Below, piece after piece: positions 17,321 through 31,005 of a stretch of DNA of 64,000 bases. A program made the position numbers and the translations under genes. This DNA comes from the human T2T-CHM13v2.0 reference genome, Homo sapiens. A model generated the notes under the pieces. It worked only from the letters and a program-made list of their open reading frames with translations. It was not told the origin of the DNA and did no database searches. The first letter of the stretch is position 1. Every line of letters begins with the position of its first letter. The DNA lies in assembly GCF_009914755.1 (NCBI RefSeq), contig NC_060928.1; one strand, 5' to 3'.

Positions 17321-17982
17321 TTACATTTTGAACAGATATATTTTAAATAAAAGCCTGGAAAAGACAGAATGACCTTGGAGTTTTCTGGAAAGAGAACATG
17401 TTTACTTGTCCCTTTGTCAGTCTAAGTCCTGGAATTAGTTCTGTGTAGGAAACTCAAAGCTCTTCTTAGAAACACAATGCCTGTACTGAAAGAGTTGCCG
17501 GCCACAGCAAACATTTTTTATCAAGAAAAAAAATCCTTTGCGCTTAGGAAAAAATACAAAAACAAAAGTACTTTGCTGTCATTGCACTCTTGTTGCAGTT
17601 TAAATAATGTAACTCTAAATAGTTTAGACCATATGGAGAACACATTTCAGAAACCTGTAGATCAAATTATACAGGCTTCTCAGCTTTGAGCTTTCATTAG
17701 TTCTGTGGGTCAACTAGGAGTAATTTCACCAATTACATCATAGCATCATCATGTAAGGAAAGAATTCAGGGGAAAAAAAATCTGTAATTTTGATTAGGTA
17801 TCCAATTAAGTCTCTTGCTATGCATACCAAAATATATCTTCCCTGGCCTAATCACTTAAGAAACTTAAAATTAAATGTCTAAAAAGAAAGTCTTCATTCA
17901 TCTTCATTTTGCAGTGTATGTTGTTGGATATTAAATGATTTCAGTTGGATTTTTTTTTCAGTTTTCCTAAAACGAATTATAA

Positions 17983-18441
<459 letters not shown>

Positions 18442-18529
18442 TGAAACTGTATACAAAGAACCTTGGAGACCTGAAGCATCTGTGTTTCTTCCCTGTACCA
18501 CCACCGCCTGAGCCCCGGCGACAATAATC

Positions 18530-18930
18530 ACTCACTAACATGTGGGAAGCAGCCTCCCAGTCTCACTGGCTCTCCTCCACGTGTTCTCCACCATGGAGCT
18601 AGTGTACTGTTCAAAAATTCGCTCATTACTCACAGGACTCCCAGTCATCCCATCTACCTCCCAACCTTCCCTATCCCACAACAGACACACCCTAAAACTC
18701 TCCAGTCTTTCCACTGTAGTTATGATGAAGTTAAAACTCCTTAATTTCTCCAGACAGCTGTGCAAAATCTGGTGTCTGTGAGGGCTCCTGCCCGCATCTC
18801 AGACTGTGCCCGCCTTCACTCCCAATCTTGGTCCCATTGATCATCTTTATTAAGTTCCTGGCATTCTCTAGGCTCTTTCACCTTTCCGCCTACACTTCTT
18901 TGTGCCTAAAATGCTCTTTCCTCCCTCCGT
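18530..18930 (+). mobile_element. L2 fragment (highly diverged)
   Basis: Pyrimidine-rich with L2-like motifs (CAGCCTCC..., TAAAACTCTCCAGT, AAACTCCTTA, AATGCTCTTTCC). Confidence 0.45.
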
Positions 18931-20472
18931 CAGGCTGACTTATCTTTTGTGGCACTTTTCCACAGATGTCAATGCTCTGTGTTTTGAATAAATCTCTAGT
19001 GGATGCTATTGGGATGTCTTCTTGATTGATTTGTCTTAATGAACACTTCACTTCTGTTCCACTAACTATAATGGTACTTTCATGTTGGTATGAAACACGA
19101 TTGCATTCAAAATACTTTTTTTAAATTCTGATTTTGAAGAAATGAGATGAGACTCCCTCTGGATAAAAATAAAAGTAAAGCTAGTGTTCACATGCCATAT
19201 GTTTTTAACTTGTAATACACCTGAACCTCTGTGTTCCATAAAGGAGCAGGAACACGAATGCAAAGTGAGACTCAGATGGGGAAAAAATCTGCCACTCATA
19301 TGCCGGAATAAAGAAATGTGGATAACCTGCAAGTGTGTGAAGGCTTATCTGAGCAGTCTTGTGAAATCTGTCATTTCCCTTCACCACAGTTAAATGGACA
19401 CCAATTAGGAAATGGGCCCAATTAGGAAATGGATCTCACACTATTTAATCTCTTGAATTGGAAGTACATGTAAAGAAAGCAAGTCCACCATTAACCTGAA
19501 TCTTGAAAGTCAGGTGTGCTCACCAACAGCAAGGTGGAAGAAGTTCTTTCTCTTCTACCAAATCTGAGGAATGAGGTCCTGAAGTTTTCCAAGAGTGATC
19601 ACATTCCTAAAAGGCCCTCTGATGACTTATCAGTGTTTACTTGTCTTTGTTAGTTAATGATGGTGGCAGGGGACAGTAGTTAGATAAACTCCATATCATT
19701 GTTTTAGTGTCTCTTAAGTGAGTGGCAAAGGGTCTGGGAATGTAGATCAATAGAATCTACATTTTTCCTCAGTGATTTAAGAAAGACCGTTTAAAGTATC
19801 TATAGAGACCAGAAGTAAATTGATGGGTAAAGGCATTGAGTACTTCTGGGTACTGTTTTGCGATCATATCTTGAAATAGATCAAATCATGAAACTGGTAG
19901 TGACATTTTCACATTCATTTGTTTGATTTGTATGGAAGAATGGTGATGATTTATTTCTTCTTTGAAAGCATAATGATAAATATAACTTAAACAAAATATT
20001 AAAAGCTGGGTTTATCTGGACCTAGGAACACATTCTGTTTTAACTTTAGCACAAAATCAAAGGTTTATTCTGTCAGGATCAGACGATGCACGGTAAACGT
20101 CACCAGATTATACACATAATCTAATAACACACAAAACTAGAATATCAGGTAGCTTACTCAGAAAAATCTAAATTTCTTTTTAATTTCCAGGCTTTGATGA
20201 TTTACCAAATAAACCATTGTGCTCTCTTTTAATATGAAAAATTTTCATTTTAAAGTAGATTTGTACAAATGTATGAACAAAAATAAAAGGTTGTAAAGTT
20301 AAGTTTGATAAATGATACCCAAATAACTAAAATCAACGACCCCTGGAATAAAATGTCGCACAGTTAATGAAAATAATAGCATAGCATTCAGACATAACAG
20401 ATGAAACCACACATGCAATTAGGTCTTAAACTGAGCTACATATAGCTCGGCTCAGCTTGTAACCATTTGTGG

Positions 20473-20791
<319 letters not shown>

Positions 20792-20983
20792 TAAAGGAAA
20801 GCTCTATTAAAATGTGGTTGTTACTATTATGCACCGCAATTACCAAGTAATTCCAAAGACATTTTTTATAATGACTTTGAGATACACATAAATTAAAAAT
20901 TTTTCTAATATCAACAAATTAATCATTTCTAATAAGTCCAGGATTAACTATTTTACCTACCATTTCAGGCTACTACATGATAA

Positions 20984-21349
<366 letters not shown>

Positions 21350-21611
21350 AGGAAAACATCTTATATGTGATGTGGAATTGTGTCATGGCTCCGTGAAGGG
21401 AGAAGACTTCATATTATTTATATATGATGCCTTTTGGGAAAAAGTAAAAAATTAAAATATTCTCTATATTTTATTTGGCTGTGTAGTAATTTTTATTAAA
21501 TAAAAACATAATTTTTAAAAGATATGAATCATAAAATAATAGATGATACATACATACATGTAACTTAACCTGTATGTCAATTGCCAAAATATTTTCTGGT
21601 TTGGTACTTTA

Positions 21612-21795
<184 letters not shown>

Positions 21796-21895
21796 ATAAA
21801 CATTATTTTAATTTATTCAATAAAATGTAAATGAACACATATAAACATCAACCAGGAAGAGTTTTGTCCATAAGCACTTTACAAACAAACCATAA

Positions 21896-22219
<324 letters not shown>

Positions 22220-23164
22220 CCAGTGTGTTCTAGTAGAGCTAATCACTTTCCAGTCACTTTATTCTGTCTCATGATAGATGCCTAATATCAGGTAACCACT
22301 GCATATATCACCTCATATTGTGCTTTAAGCTCATAAAGAACATGGTTCATACTTGAAACCTATATAGCAACAATTCTGACATGAATTCAGTGCACATTCA
22401 TGAAAAAAAGTTAAAAATCTGCAATTTCCCAATATTTGTACAGGCTCCATAAAATGTACTAAAAGACCTCTCAGCTTTTCTCTGCTATTTCTCCAGTGTA
22501 TGAGTAAATCTGTTTGAGTTAGGTTTGGGGAGAGGAGTTACATTAGTGATATACCAAATCTAGTACAAGTAACTAAAGGGATAAGGTAAAATTTCCCAAT
22601 TTAAATTTAAATTAAGCTGAATGTTTCAAAAGAGGAAATACTGTTTTTGAGGCAGAATTGGCTCTAGAGTAGAGTTAAAATGGATTCCAGAAGATGATGT
22701 ACTGATTAATATATATGAAACCTCAAACTGTCCCCTCAAAAAGTGAGAAAATAAGAAATAACCTGATGCATTTAACAGCTTTATTTTCTATCAAGGAAAG
22801 ACTTCTATAGATGATGAACTACAGATATAAAACACTTCTTGTGTAAAAGGGACTACTTTTCCAAATACGAGGTTGCACACGGGGCTTCAGAGACTGCTTT
22901 TGTCTTTCTGGGAAAGCATGTTCCTTTCCAAAATGGTAACATTCTCAAGACCATTTTTTAATACTGCATTTTAAAGACTAAGTTCAGGTTCATATCCCTT
23001 ATCATAATTCCAAAATCCAAAAATTGAAAATCAAAAGTTTCCTCTGCATTCATAAGGTACGAAAACCTTGCCAAATGTGATAATAAAATCTCATTTGAAC
23101 TAATAAAGCTATTTATAACCTTTTTTCCTCTGATATTTTATAAGACAATCATCAAAGGAGATCA

Positions 23165-23415
23165 ACAGTATAGTATGTAGTTAAGCATCTTGAGACAATC
23201 CTAGCTTTGTTACTGTCTTTAAGACCATGGACAAGTTATTCAACATCTCTCAGCCCATCTTTGTTTCATCATGGGAAATATAATGGTCTCAATTCACAAC
23301 CAGCTCCTACTCCTAACATTACTTTTGGGAAGTTTAAAAGCTATAGTGTATATAAAGCACAGTGACTAGCCCATAAGAAAAAAAAAATCAGTAAATGGCA
23401 GCCATTAGCAGTAAC
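23165..23415 (+). mobile_element. MIR
   Basis: CAGTATAGTATGTAGTTAAG...GACCATGGACAAGTTATTCAACATCTCTCAGCC. Confidence 0.65.
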
Positions 23416-26330
23416 CATCCTATAAAATATCTTGATAGTTTTTCCAAGCCCTATTGTTTAAATTTTGTCTCCAAGGCAATTTTGTTTGTGTTACCATTTT
23501 AATTCTCCAATTCATGATTGCTTTTTCTTCTTTGAAACTGTTTCTTCATTCCAATATTGAACAAATGTTCTTCCAAATATGCCTTTACCCATTTTTATGT
23601 GTAGTAAATACACAAAAGGACTTCTGAGGATAATTCAAAATGTCAAAGAATTTGAACTCCTTTTCCCATTCCCAGACATTGTGGGCAGTGAATAAAGCTT
23701 TTACTTTACCTTTTATAAGTAATATTACTACTAAGAACGGGAAATACAAAAACAGCTGAAAAGCATGTGGAAATGAACCATGGAGGCAACAGACCCGAGC
23801 ACAAGTATTAATCTCAACCACATTCAATTCTGTTCAGTGGGCAAGAAAACCAGTCAGAAGAGTTGACATAGAGCTGCACTTTATTTAGAAGAAGACAATT
23901 CCATCCTGTTCCAAGGACTAGGGTGCTCAGTGCCTTTTAGACAGCTATATTGTAGATTACATGACAGGAAGAGAAAGGGACAATGTGCCTTTTTAACTAG
24001 TTTGCAAACTTCCCAGGCTAAACCCTAGGAATGTGTTTTTATGGAAGCTGTGATCATTCCACAGGAGATGGCCACAGGTATGTTTACTTTTGGGGGTTTT
24101 CATGCCTTCCCAACAGTTTTTTTGTCATCATGAATACTGACTGTTATTCATATTAAAAATAAATGTGTCTCAGAGTCAGAGAAAACTACGCCAAAGGGAT
24201 TTAGAAGAAAAAAAAAAGTACCTACAATGCACATTAGCGAGAAACCAGATGAAGCAGCCCCTTTTTAAAAGAAATACATACGAATTACATGACGTAACCA
24301 TTCTAAAATATAAGACCGCTGAGAACATTCAGGAATTTTCACTGTCACAGGCTGATGATGGAAAACTTAGTAACATTGAATGAAATCAGTTGATTTGATT
24401 TGGCTTTCTACAATTATTTTGGGCATCACGCTTTTTTTTTTTTAATGGAAGGGAAGGAATCTTTGATTTTATAAGAATTGCCTTTATCCCCAAGTCTACC
24501 TGGCAAGTTATTAGATGGCCCCACCCAAACCAGCTATAGCCAATCGTTGGGTTGATGGACAAATGAACACTTTTACACTTATTTATATGAAGATAAATGA
24601 TAATATGTAACTTCAGATAGAAAACTCCAGTCCTAAGCTCTATAAATATTCTCTGTGAATCCCCTCTTGCTTAATTAAATGTTAATCTTGCCTAAGTTTT
24701 GTTGGAGGTCACTCAGCTTCATAAAGGGTCATGAGGATGAGACCTCATGGACTGGAACCCAAAGGAAAATTTACAAGGGGAAAGAAAGGTACTTCATTTA
24801 TATTCAAGCTTTCTTCAAATTATTTGTAAGTAGCATTTTAGGTCCACCTTTTTTTCCCAAAAATTTGATATGTAGTCAAGTCCTGATTAGCATTCCCTAA
24901 AGATAAATACAATTTAATGTTTATAAATTTTCCAATTTCTTTAAACTTTCTAGCAATTTCCTTTTATCAACATTTGCCAGCCCAGAGCAAATACATTATT
25001 TTATTCATATCATAAAACATATTATCTTATTAATATTATATAAAACATACATTATTCATATTATAAAGCAATTAGAAACAAAAATCATAAATTTTTAGCA
25101 GTCTGTGGTTTCTGCTTTATGAGAGTAAAAATCACACTGGTTGCTCTAATATTTACCTAGAAGAATACGTTGTGTACACACGGTCACTTTGACATTTTTG
25201 TTCTCTAAAATTTGGAATTTTTGTTTGAAATTTCACTATAAACAAAATATATAACTATTTTCATATTAAGACTGCTGCTGTGCACTTTAGATTGTAGCTA
25301 AATCAATTGTACCGTTGCAGCTGTGGTGTGCAAATGAGGTTTCAATGTCTGGCCCCCTTACCCTTCAGACCAGAGCCTAGATTCTGGGTTTTTTCTTCTT
25401 CCTTCTTTTTACCGCCAAGCGACAACCCTATCTAAAACTGTCAAATAAATTATCCGGGTTTTTTCACAATAAGTAGGGCAAGTATGAATAGCACAAAACC
25501 TTTCAGCACAAACTAGCCATTTGTTTCTCATTCAGCTCTCTACTGCTTTTACAATACCTTCCTGGATGGGGGTGAGAGAATGGGAGGAATAACAGCAATG
25601 AACACAGAGGATTAGCTTACTTTCTTCTGTGTTCATCTTTTATGGGCCCTCCTGATGTTTCCTTGATAGATCTTCTCTATTGTATATCTCTGTGTACCTT
25701 TAAAAACTAATCTGCGTTTTACAAGCCCAGTTCTTGTTCAGAGAATAAGTAAAAAGAAGGTTTTTTTGTGATGTGACAGAAACTTTCTCATTGTAATGAG
25801 AATAGGGATGGAATCTAGTTAGGGGTCAAATTTACATCTCCTTTCACCTTCTCTGTGATCCATCTACTTCAAAAAAAAAAAAAAAACTGGAAGAAGATAT
25901 ATCTGGAAAAGCATCTCTTCACCCCCAGTGACCATCTGATAGTTATTTCTAAAGCCAAAAGATTTCAATCAAGCTTTTTTGTGCACACAGGATGTTATAT
26001 TAATTGAAAGCAGTGACAATATTAATGATAAGTCACCATAATTCCTTGAAACGAGGACCAGCACTGGTGAGATCTAGCAGGTGAAGGGAAAAACACCCTA
26101 CACAGAAGTCAAACTACTTTCCTTCACTTTCTGGTTCACTACCAGTAGAGGGGAAGGAAAGAATTACTGTAGGGAGCAAATCAAGTTTTATGTGGGTTTT
26201 CTGTTGTTTTGTTTCTTCTTTTTACTTTGAGGATATTGCTTTGGAAATACCCTCACTAATGTGCAAACTTAAATGTTTCAGAACAATAATTACATGTCCA
26301 AATCAAAAAAAGGAAACTACACAATGGTGT

Positions 26331-27286
26331 TGACAAAGAGTCTCTCCTGGGCCAAACTCCATTCACGCTCTTCTGAGCTCTTTTTCACTAGGCCCTGATT
26401 TGGGGGCTTCCGTGTTTGTGAAGCAGGTTCATGGTGCATTGGTTGCCAACCTGTCTGAGTCCAGTACAACAGAACACCCACGCACTCCACAGTTACATGA
26501 AGTGGCTATATTACTTACAGATAGGCAGCAAGGAAATGCAGAAGGCTATGAGTCCTCCAAGGCTGTGGAAATCTCCCTTGGGTAGATGGAGTCTTGTTTG
26601 TGCCTACCCCACTTCCACCACAGCTGAAACCCTGCAAAGCCACCCACCCTGGGTTTTACATTCCAGGGTCTCTTGATATACTAGGCTAATGCATTAAAGG
26701 ACAGCTTGCTCTGGAGGGCCTGGAACAGAGCCTGGGCTCTTCCAGCCACCTCCTCCTTATCTCAGGATGTTGCACTCCCAGTGCATTCTGCAGTTATGCT
26801 TGAGAACTGCAGGTAAGAACGAGGGTGAAAGCCGGGTCAGTCTAAGGCAACCCAGAGAGTGACCCTGCAGTGTTGGCCTCTTCATTGTCCAGTTTTAGCA
26901 GAAATTCTCATTAGTCAGTTTAACCAGAACTTCCCACCTTCAATATCTGATCACTCTACGCACCGAATTAGGTTTCTTATCCTCCACCAGCCCCCAGGTG
27001 ATGTCTGATCACCCAGGCCTGTCTTCAGCAAGAATCCTGTTAAGTTGGTTTACCCAGAATCCCCCCTTACCCTTGATGTTCTTGCTTAGTTTCCACCCAC
27101 TGAATCCTACCCAGCTCTTTGATTATAAATTCTCACTTTTTCCTGTTGTATTAATGGTTGAGCTCAATCTTTCACCCCACTGCAAGACCCCAGAAGAGCT
27201 CTGTACACCTATCTCAATAGTCTCTCTTTGAATAAAGTCTTTCTTACTGCCTTCAACAAGTGTCATGAATATTTTTTTTCATTCAA
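26331..27286 (+). mobile_element. MER31-family (ERV1) solo LTR split by LTR47-like LTR
   Basis: TGACAAAGAGTCTCTCCTGGGCCAAACT start; TCTGATCACCCAGGCCTGTCTTCAGCAAGAATCCTGTTA; TTGAATAAAGTCT poly(A) signal. Confidence 0.78.
26417..26869 (-). mobile_element. LTR47-like (ERVL) solo LTR
   Basis: TG...CA termini (TGTGAAGCAGG...GACCCTGCA) with perfect 5-bp TSD GTGTT (26412-26416 / 26870-26874). Confidence 0.75.
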
Positions 27287-27695
27287 AGAACTAATACTAA
27301 TCCTCTTGAAACTATTCCAAAAAGACTGAAAAGGAGAGAATTCTCCCTAACATATTGTATGAGGTCAACATTACCCTGATACCAAAACCAGACACGGGCA
27401 CAACAACAAAAAAAGAAAACTACAGATCAATATTCCTAATGCAAAATCAGATAGATGCAAAAATCCTTAAATTAAAAAAAGATGCAAAAATCCTTAAGAA
27501 AATGCTAGGAAACCAAATCCAACAGCACATCAAAAAGATAATGCACCACAAGCAGGTGGGATTTATACCAGGAATGCAAGAATGGTTCAATATACACAAA
27601 TCCATAAATGTGATACATCACATCCACAGAATGAAGGACAATAACGATATGATCATCTCAACAGACACAGAAAAAGCATTCTATAAAATAAATTT
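27287..27695 (+). mobile_element. L1 ORF2 internal fragment (start of reverse transcriptase domain)
   Basis: ORF 27355-27699 translates to [11 protein letters not shown]...KKENYR...DAKIL...[24 protein letters not shown], homologous to L1 ORF2p. Confidence 0.95.
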
Positions 27696-27697
27696 TT

Positions 27698-27840
27698 AGT
27701 CTGGCTGTGGTTGCTCATGCCTGTAATTCCAATACTTTGGGAGGGTGAAGTAGGAGGATCACTTGAGACCTAGAGTTCAATACCAGCCTGAGCAACATAA
27801 CAAGACACCATCTCTAGAAAAAAATAAAAAATAAAAAACA
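27698..27840 (+). mobile_element. FLAM-C
   Basis: Left monomer plus A tail. Confidence 0.85.
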
Positions 27841-27924
27841 AAGGCTAAAAGTACTATCTATTAAAAAATAGTAATTTTTTCATTAACCATGTGCTGGAAA
27901 ATGATGTATGTGAGGGTGGTGATT

Positions 27925-28398
27925 GTAGGGAAGGAAACATCTTTTCCTTCTACCCATCTTAGTTTCATTAGGGGAGGCCCATGTAACAAAAGCCAAAATA
28001 ACAAAAGGAAAGCACCGAAATTTATTTAATACTACATTTTCTGTTGTACAGGAGCCTTCATTAGACAAGGAAGACCCAAAGAGGCAGTTAAACCTGAGTA
28101 TTTTTATGCTTGGTTTGGTGAAGAGTAGAGTCATGGAGAAACGCAATAGACAAAAAATTCCTAAGTGTGAAAACAGCCGATCTGTTTATTCAGATTCCCC
28201 TTGGTGTTCCTGTGTCTTCAGAGATAAGGATATTCCTTTTCTTTGGGTATAGGGAGGGCACATTTCATGAGGAGTCTTACAACCTGCTTCAGGAAAAGAT
28301 TATAAATTCCTGCACATGCTGTTTCTCCAATTCCATCAGCTTAAAATATTAAATATGCTAAGATGCTGTACTTTGGGGTAGTATGTCCTAAACTCCTG
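27925..28398 (-). mobile_element. MER34-like (ERV1) solo LTR
   Basis: Right end CAGCTTAAAATATTAAATATGCTAAGATGCTGTACTTTGGGGTAGTATGTCCT matches the reverse complement of the MER34-type 5' end. Confidence 0.6.
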
Positions 28399-28542
28399 AT
28401 CTAGCATTTGCCAATTTCCATAGTGTAAATAATACTACTACTAGCTGATCTCAAGCTACTCGTGTGACGTCATCTGAACGTGTGAAGAGGTATGACAATC
28501 ATCTCTTATGAGGGGGTACAAACAACTTCCGGCATACCACTG
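28398..28542 (-). mobile_element. MER63-like hAT fossil
   Basis: TTTGCCAATTTCCATAGTGTAAATA...CAAGCTAC...TGACGTCA...CATACCACTG. Confidence 0.65.
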
Positions 28543-28799
28543 AGGCTACACTTAACATTTATCAGATAAGCATTATTTAAACAAACCTAGACACATTTAC
28601 ATAATATTGCAATACTACCTGCTATATTGTGCAGCCATTAAAAAATGTAATTGAAATTAACAATTACATTTCTATAATATGAAAAGAGCTTCAAGGCATA
28701 TATTATTAAGTAAAAATAAAATTCTGTGTGATGCCCATGTCACTAAAATTGATACATAATATGTATTACAGAGACATAAAAATGGCTACTTTAAGTGAA

Positions 28800-28972
28800 G
28801 ACTTAATATTATGCCATGTGTATGGAGCATTTTAAATGTTATCTCACTGAATAGTCACAACATCTTGATCAGGTAGGTACATCATAATCACTTTAAAAAA
28901 TGAGAAAACTGCATTGGCTAATGAGTGGCAGAGTCAGAATTTAAGACAATCAGACTTCAAAGTGTGCACTAC
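28800..28972 (-). mobile_element. MIR
   Basis: CAGGTAGGTAC...ATGAGAAAACTG...AGTGGCAGAGTCAGAATTTAA. Confidence 0.6.
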
Positions 28973-29094
28973 TACATAGAAATATGTGGGAGGTAGGGGG
29001 AATCTATAAATTATTTACCTATTATTTACATTCATATGTGAGGAGGAGAGAGATTACAGAAAAGTTCATATTCTAAGTCAACATTTCTTTAATA

Positions 29095-29186
29095 TTAGGT
29101 TTGTGCAAAAGTACTTGTGGTTTTTGCCATTATTTTTATATTTTAAAAAAATGATAAAAACAGCAATTACTTTTGCACCACCATAA
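29095..29186. mobile_element. MADE1 (Hsmar1-derived MITE)
   Basis: TTAGGTTTGTGCAAAAGTACTTGTGGTTTTTGCCATT...CAGCAATTACTTTTGCACCACCATAA inverted termini, TA on both sides. Confidence 0.92.
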
Positions 29187-29636
29187 TATTTGACCACATG
29201 TGCTTTTTTTAATCAGAAAAAAATGATGATCTTTCTAAAAATCAACTACATCAATGCCTCTTGTCAGAAAAAAACAAAGTCATTTACTTGTTAGTGAAAT
29301 CAGTGGGAATAAAAACAAGTACTTGGCTCTATTAAAAGATAAACTACTAACAAGTGCATTTGCAGCATACACTGACACGCATATATTATGGCAACAAATA
29401 TTCACAGTGGTCCTGACAGAATTCATATCTAAGGCAAAAGCCTTGTTTTCTGATGTTTGACATTACATATAAAAAGGTCCAGGAACAAACTAGGACCCCC
29501 TCAGAATGGCAAAGGATAAATAAATATACCATTGTCACATAAAGATTTCCTGAGGAAACTAGAGATGTACACTCAGAAGAAGAGGAAGCTCAGGGAGAGG
29601 CATGAAGTTTCTCTCCAAATGCTGAAAGATATTTTT

Positions 29637-29945
29637 GGGCAGGTTCTATGACTCATTCCTGTAATCCCAGAATTTTGGGATGCCAAGGTGGGAGGATCAC
29701 CTGATCCTGGGAGTTTGAGACCAGCCTAGGCAACACAGTGAGACCCCTCCGTCTCTGTGAAAAATTTAAAAAACCAAACAAAAAACCAGCCAGGAGTGGT
29801 ACTGCATGCCTGTAGTCCCAGGTACTTGGGGTGCTGAGCTGAGGTGGGAGGATGCCTTGGAGTGTGGGAGGTCAAGGCTGTAGTGAATGGTGATTATACC
29901 ACTGCACTCCAGCCTGGATGACAGAGCAAGTCATTGTCAGAAAGA
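29637..29945 (+). mobile_element. AluJ
   Basis: Diverged dimer; tail expanded into a long purine tract. Confidence 0.9.
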
Positions 29946-29963
29946 ACAAATGAAGGAAACAAA

Positions 29964-30043
<80 letters not shown>

Positions 30044-30400
30044 GAGGAAGAGATGAAAGAAGGAAGGAAGGAAGGAAGGAAGGAAGGAAGGAAGGAAGGA
30101 AGGAAGGAGTAAGCGAGTGGGGGGGAGAGAGAGGAAGGAAGGGAGGGAGGGAGGGAAGGAAGGAAGGAAGGAGTAAGGGAGGGAAGGAGCAACGGAAGGA
30201 GCGAGGGAGGGAGACAGAGAGAAAGAATGAAAAAGAAAGAGAGAGAGAAAGCAGAGAAGAGAAGAGAAGAAGGAAGGGAGAGAGAGGAAGGAAGGAAGGA
30301 GGGAGGGAGGGAGGGAAGAAGGAAGGAAGGAAGGTAGGAAGGAAGGAAGGAAGGAAGGAAGGAAGGAAGGAAGGAAGGAAGGAAGGGCAAAGAAAGAGGG
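29945..30400 (+). repeat. ~450-bp polypurine compound microsatellite
   Basis: (GAAA)19 at 29966-30041, (GGAA)11 at 30062-30105, (GGAA)12 at 30337-30384, plus GGGA/GA units. Confidence 0.97.
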
Positions 30401-30437
30401 ATATTTTTCTTAAAATATTATTTTAAAAGACTAACTA

Positions 30438-30750
<313 letters not shown>

Positions 30751-30895
30751 ATACTGCAGGGGAAAGGTAGGCAAAATAAATAATAAATAGGAACTATTAT
30801 AGATTTATTATAAAATACTATAGAGTTCAGAACTAGAAACGATGGCTAGATATTTCAGAAAGATATAATTTATTATCTTAGAAAATAATTTTATT

Positions 30896-31005
30896 GTGAA
30901 CCAGGGAGGCGGAGCTTGCAGTGAGCCAAGGTCGCGCCACTGCACTCCAGCCTGGATGACAGAGCGAGACTCCGTCCCAAAACAAAAAAAAAAAAAAAAA
31001 AAGAA
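30896..31005 (+). mobile_element. 5'-truncated AluY
   Basis: Starts in right arm (GTGAACCAGGGAGGCGGAGCTTGCAG); TSD-like AGAAAATAAT on both sides. Confidence 0.88.

Noticed and set aside
24059-24078. CTCF-like motif CCACAGGAGATGGCCAC
   Set aside because: Several mismatches at informative core positions; too weak without ChIP data
27355-27699. 114-aa reverse-transcriptase-like ORF as a domesticated gene or retron-like system
   Set aside because: Short decayed L1 ORF2 fragment lacking the catalytic core, with a non-ATG start and insertions
28465-28472. Perfect CRE palindrome TGACGTCA
   Set aside because: Part of the MER63 consensus as I recall it; no independent evidence of function
29872-30426. 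179-aa K/E/R/G-rich and 172-aa P/S/F/L-rich ORFs (also 14678-14932, 56201-56550)
   Set aside because: Stop-free frames produced by GAAA/GGAA microsatellites
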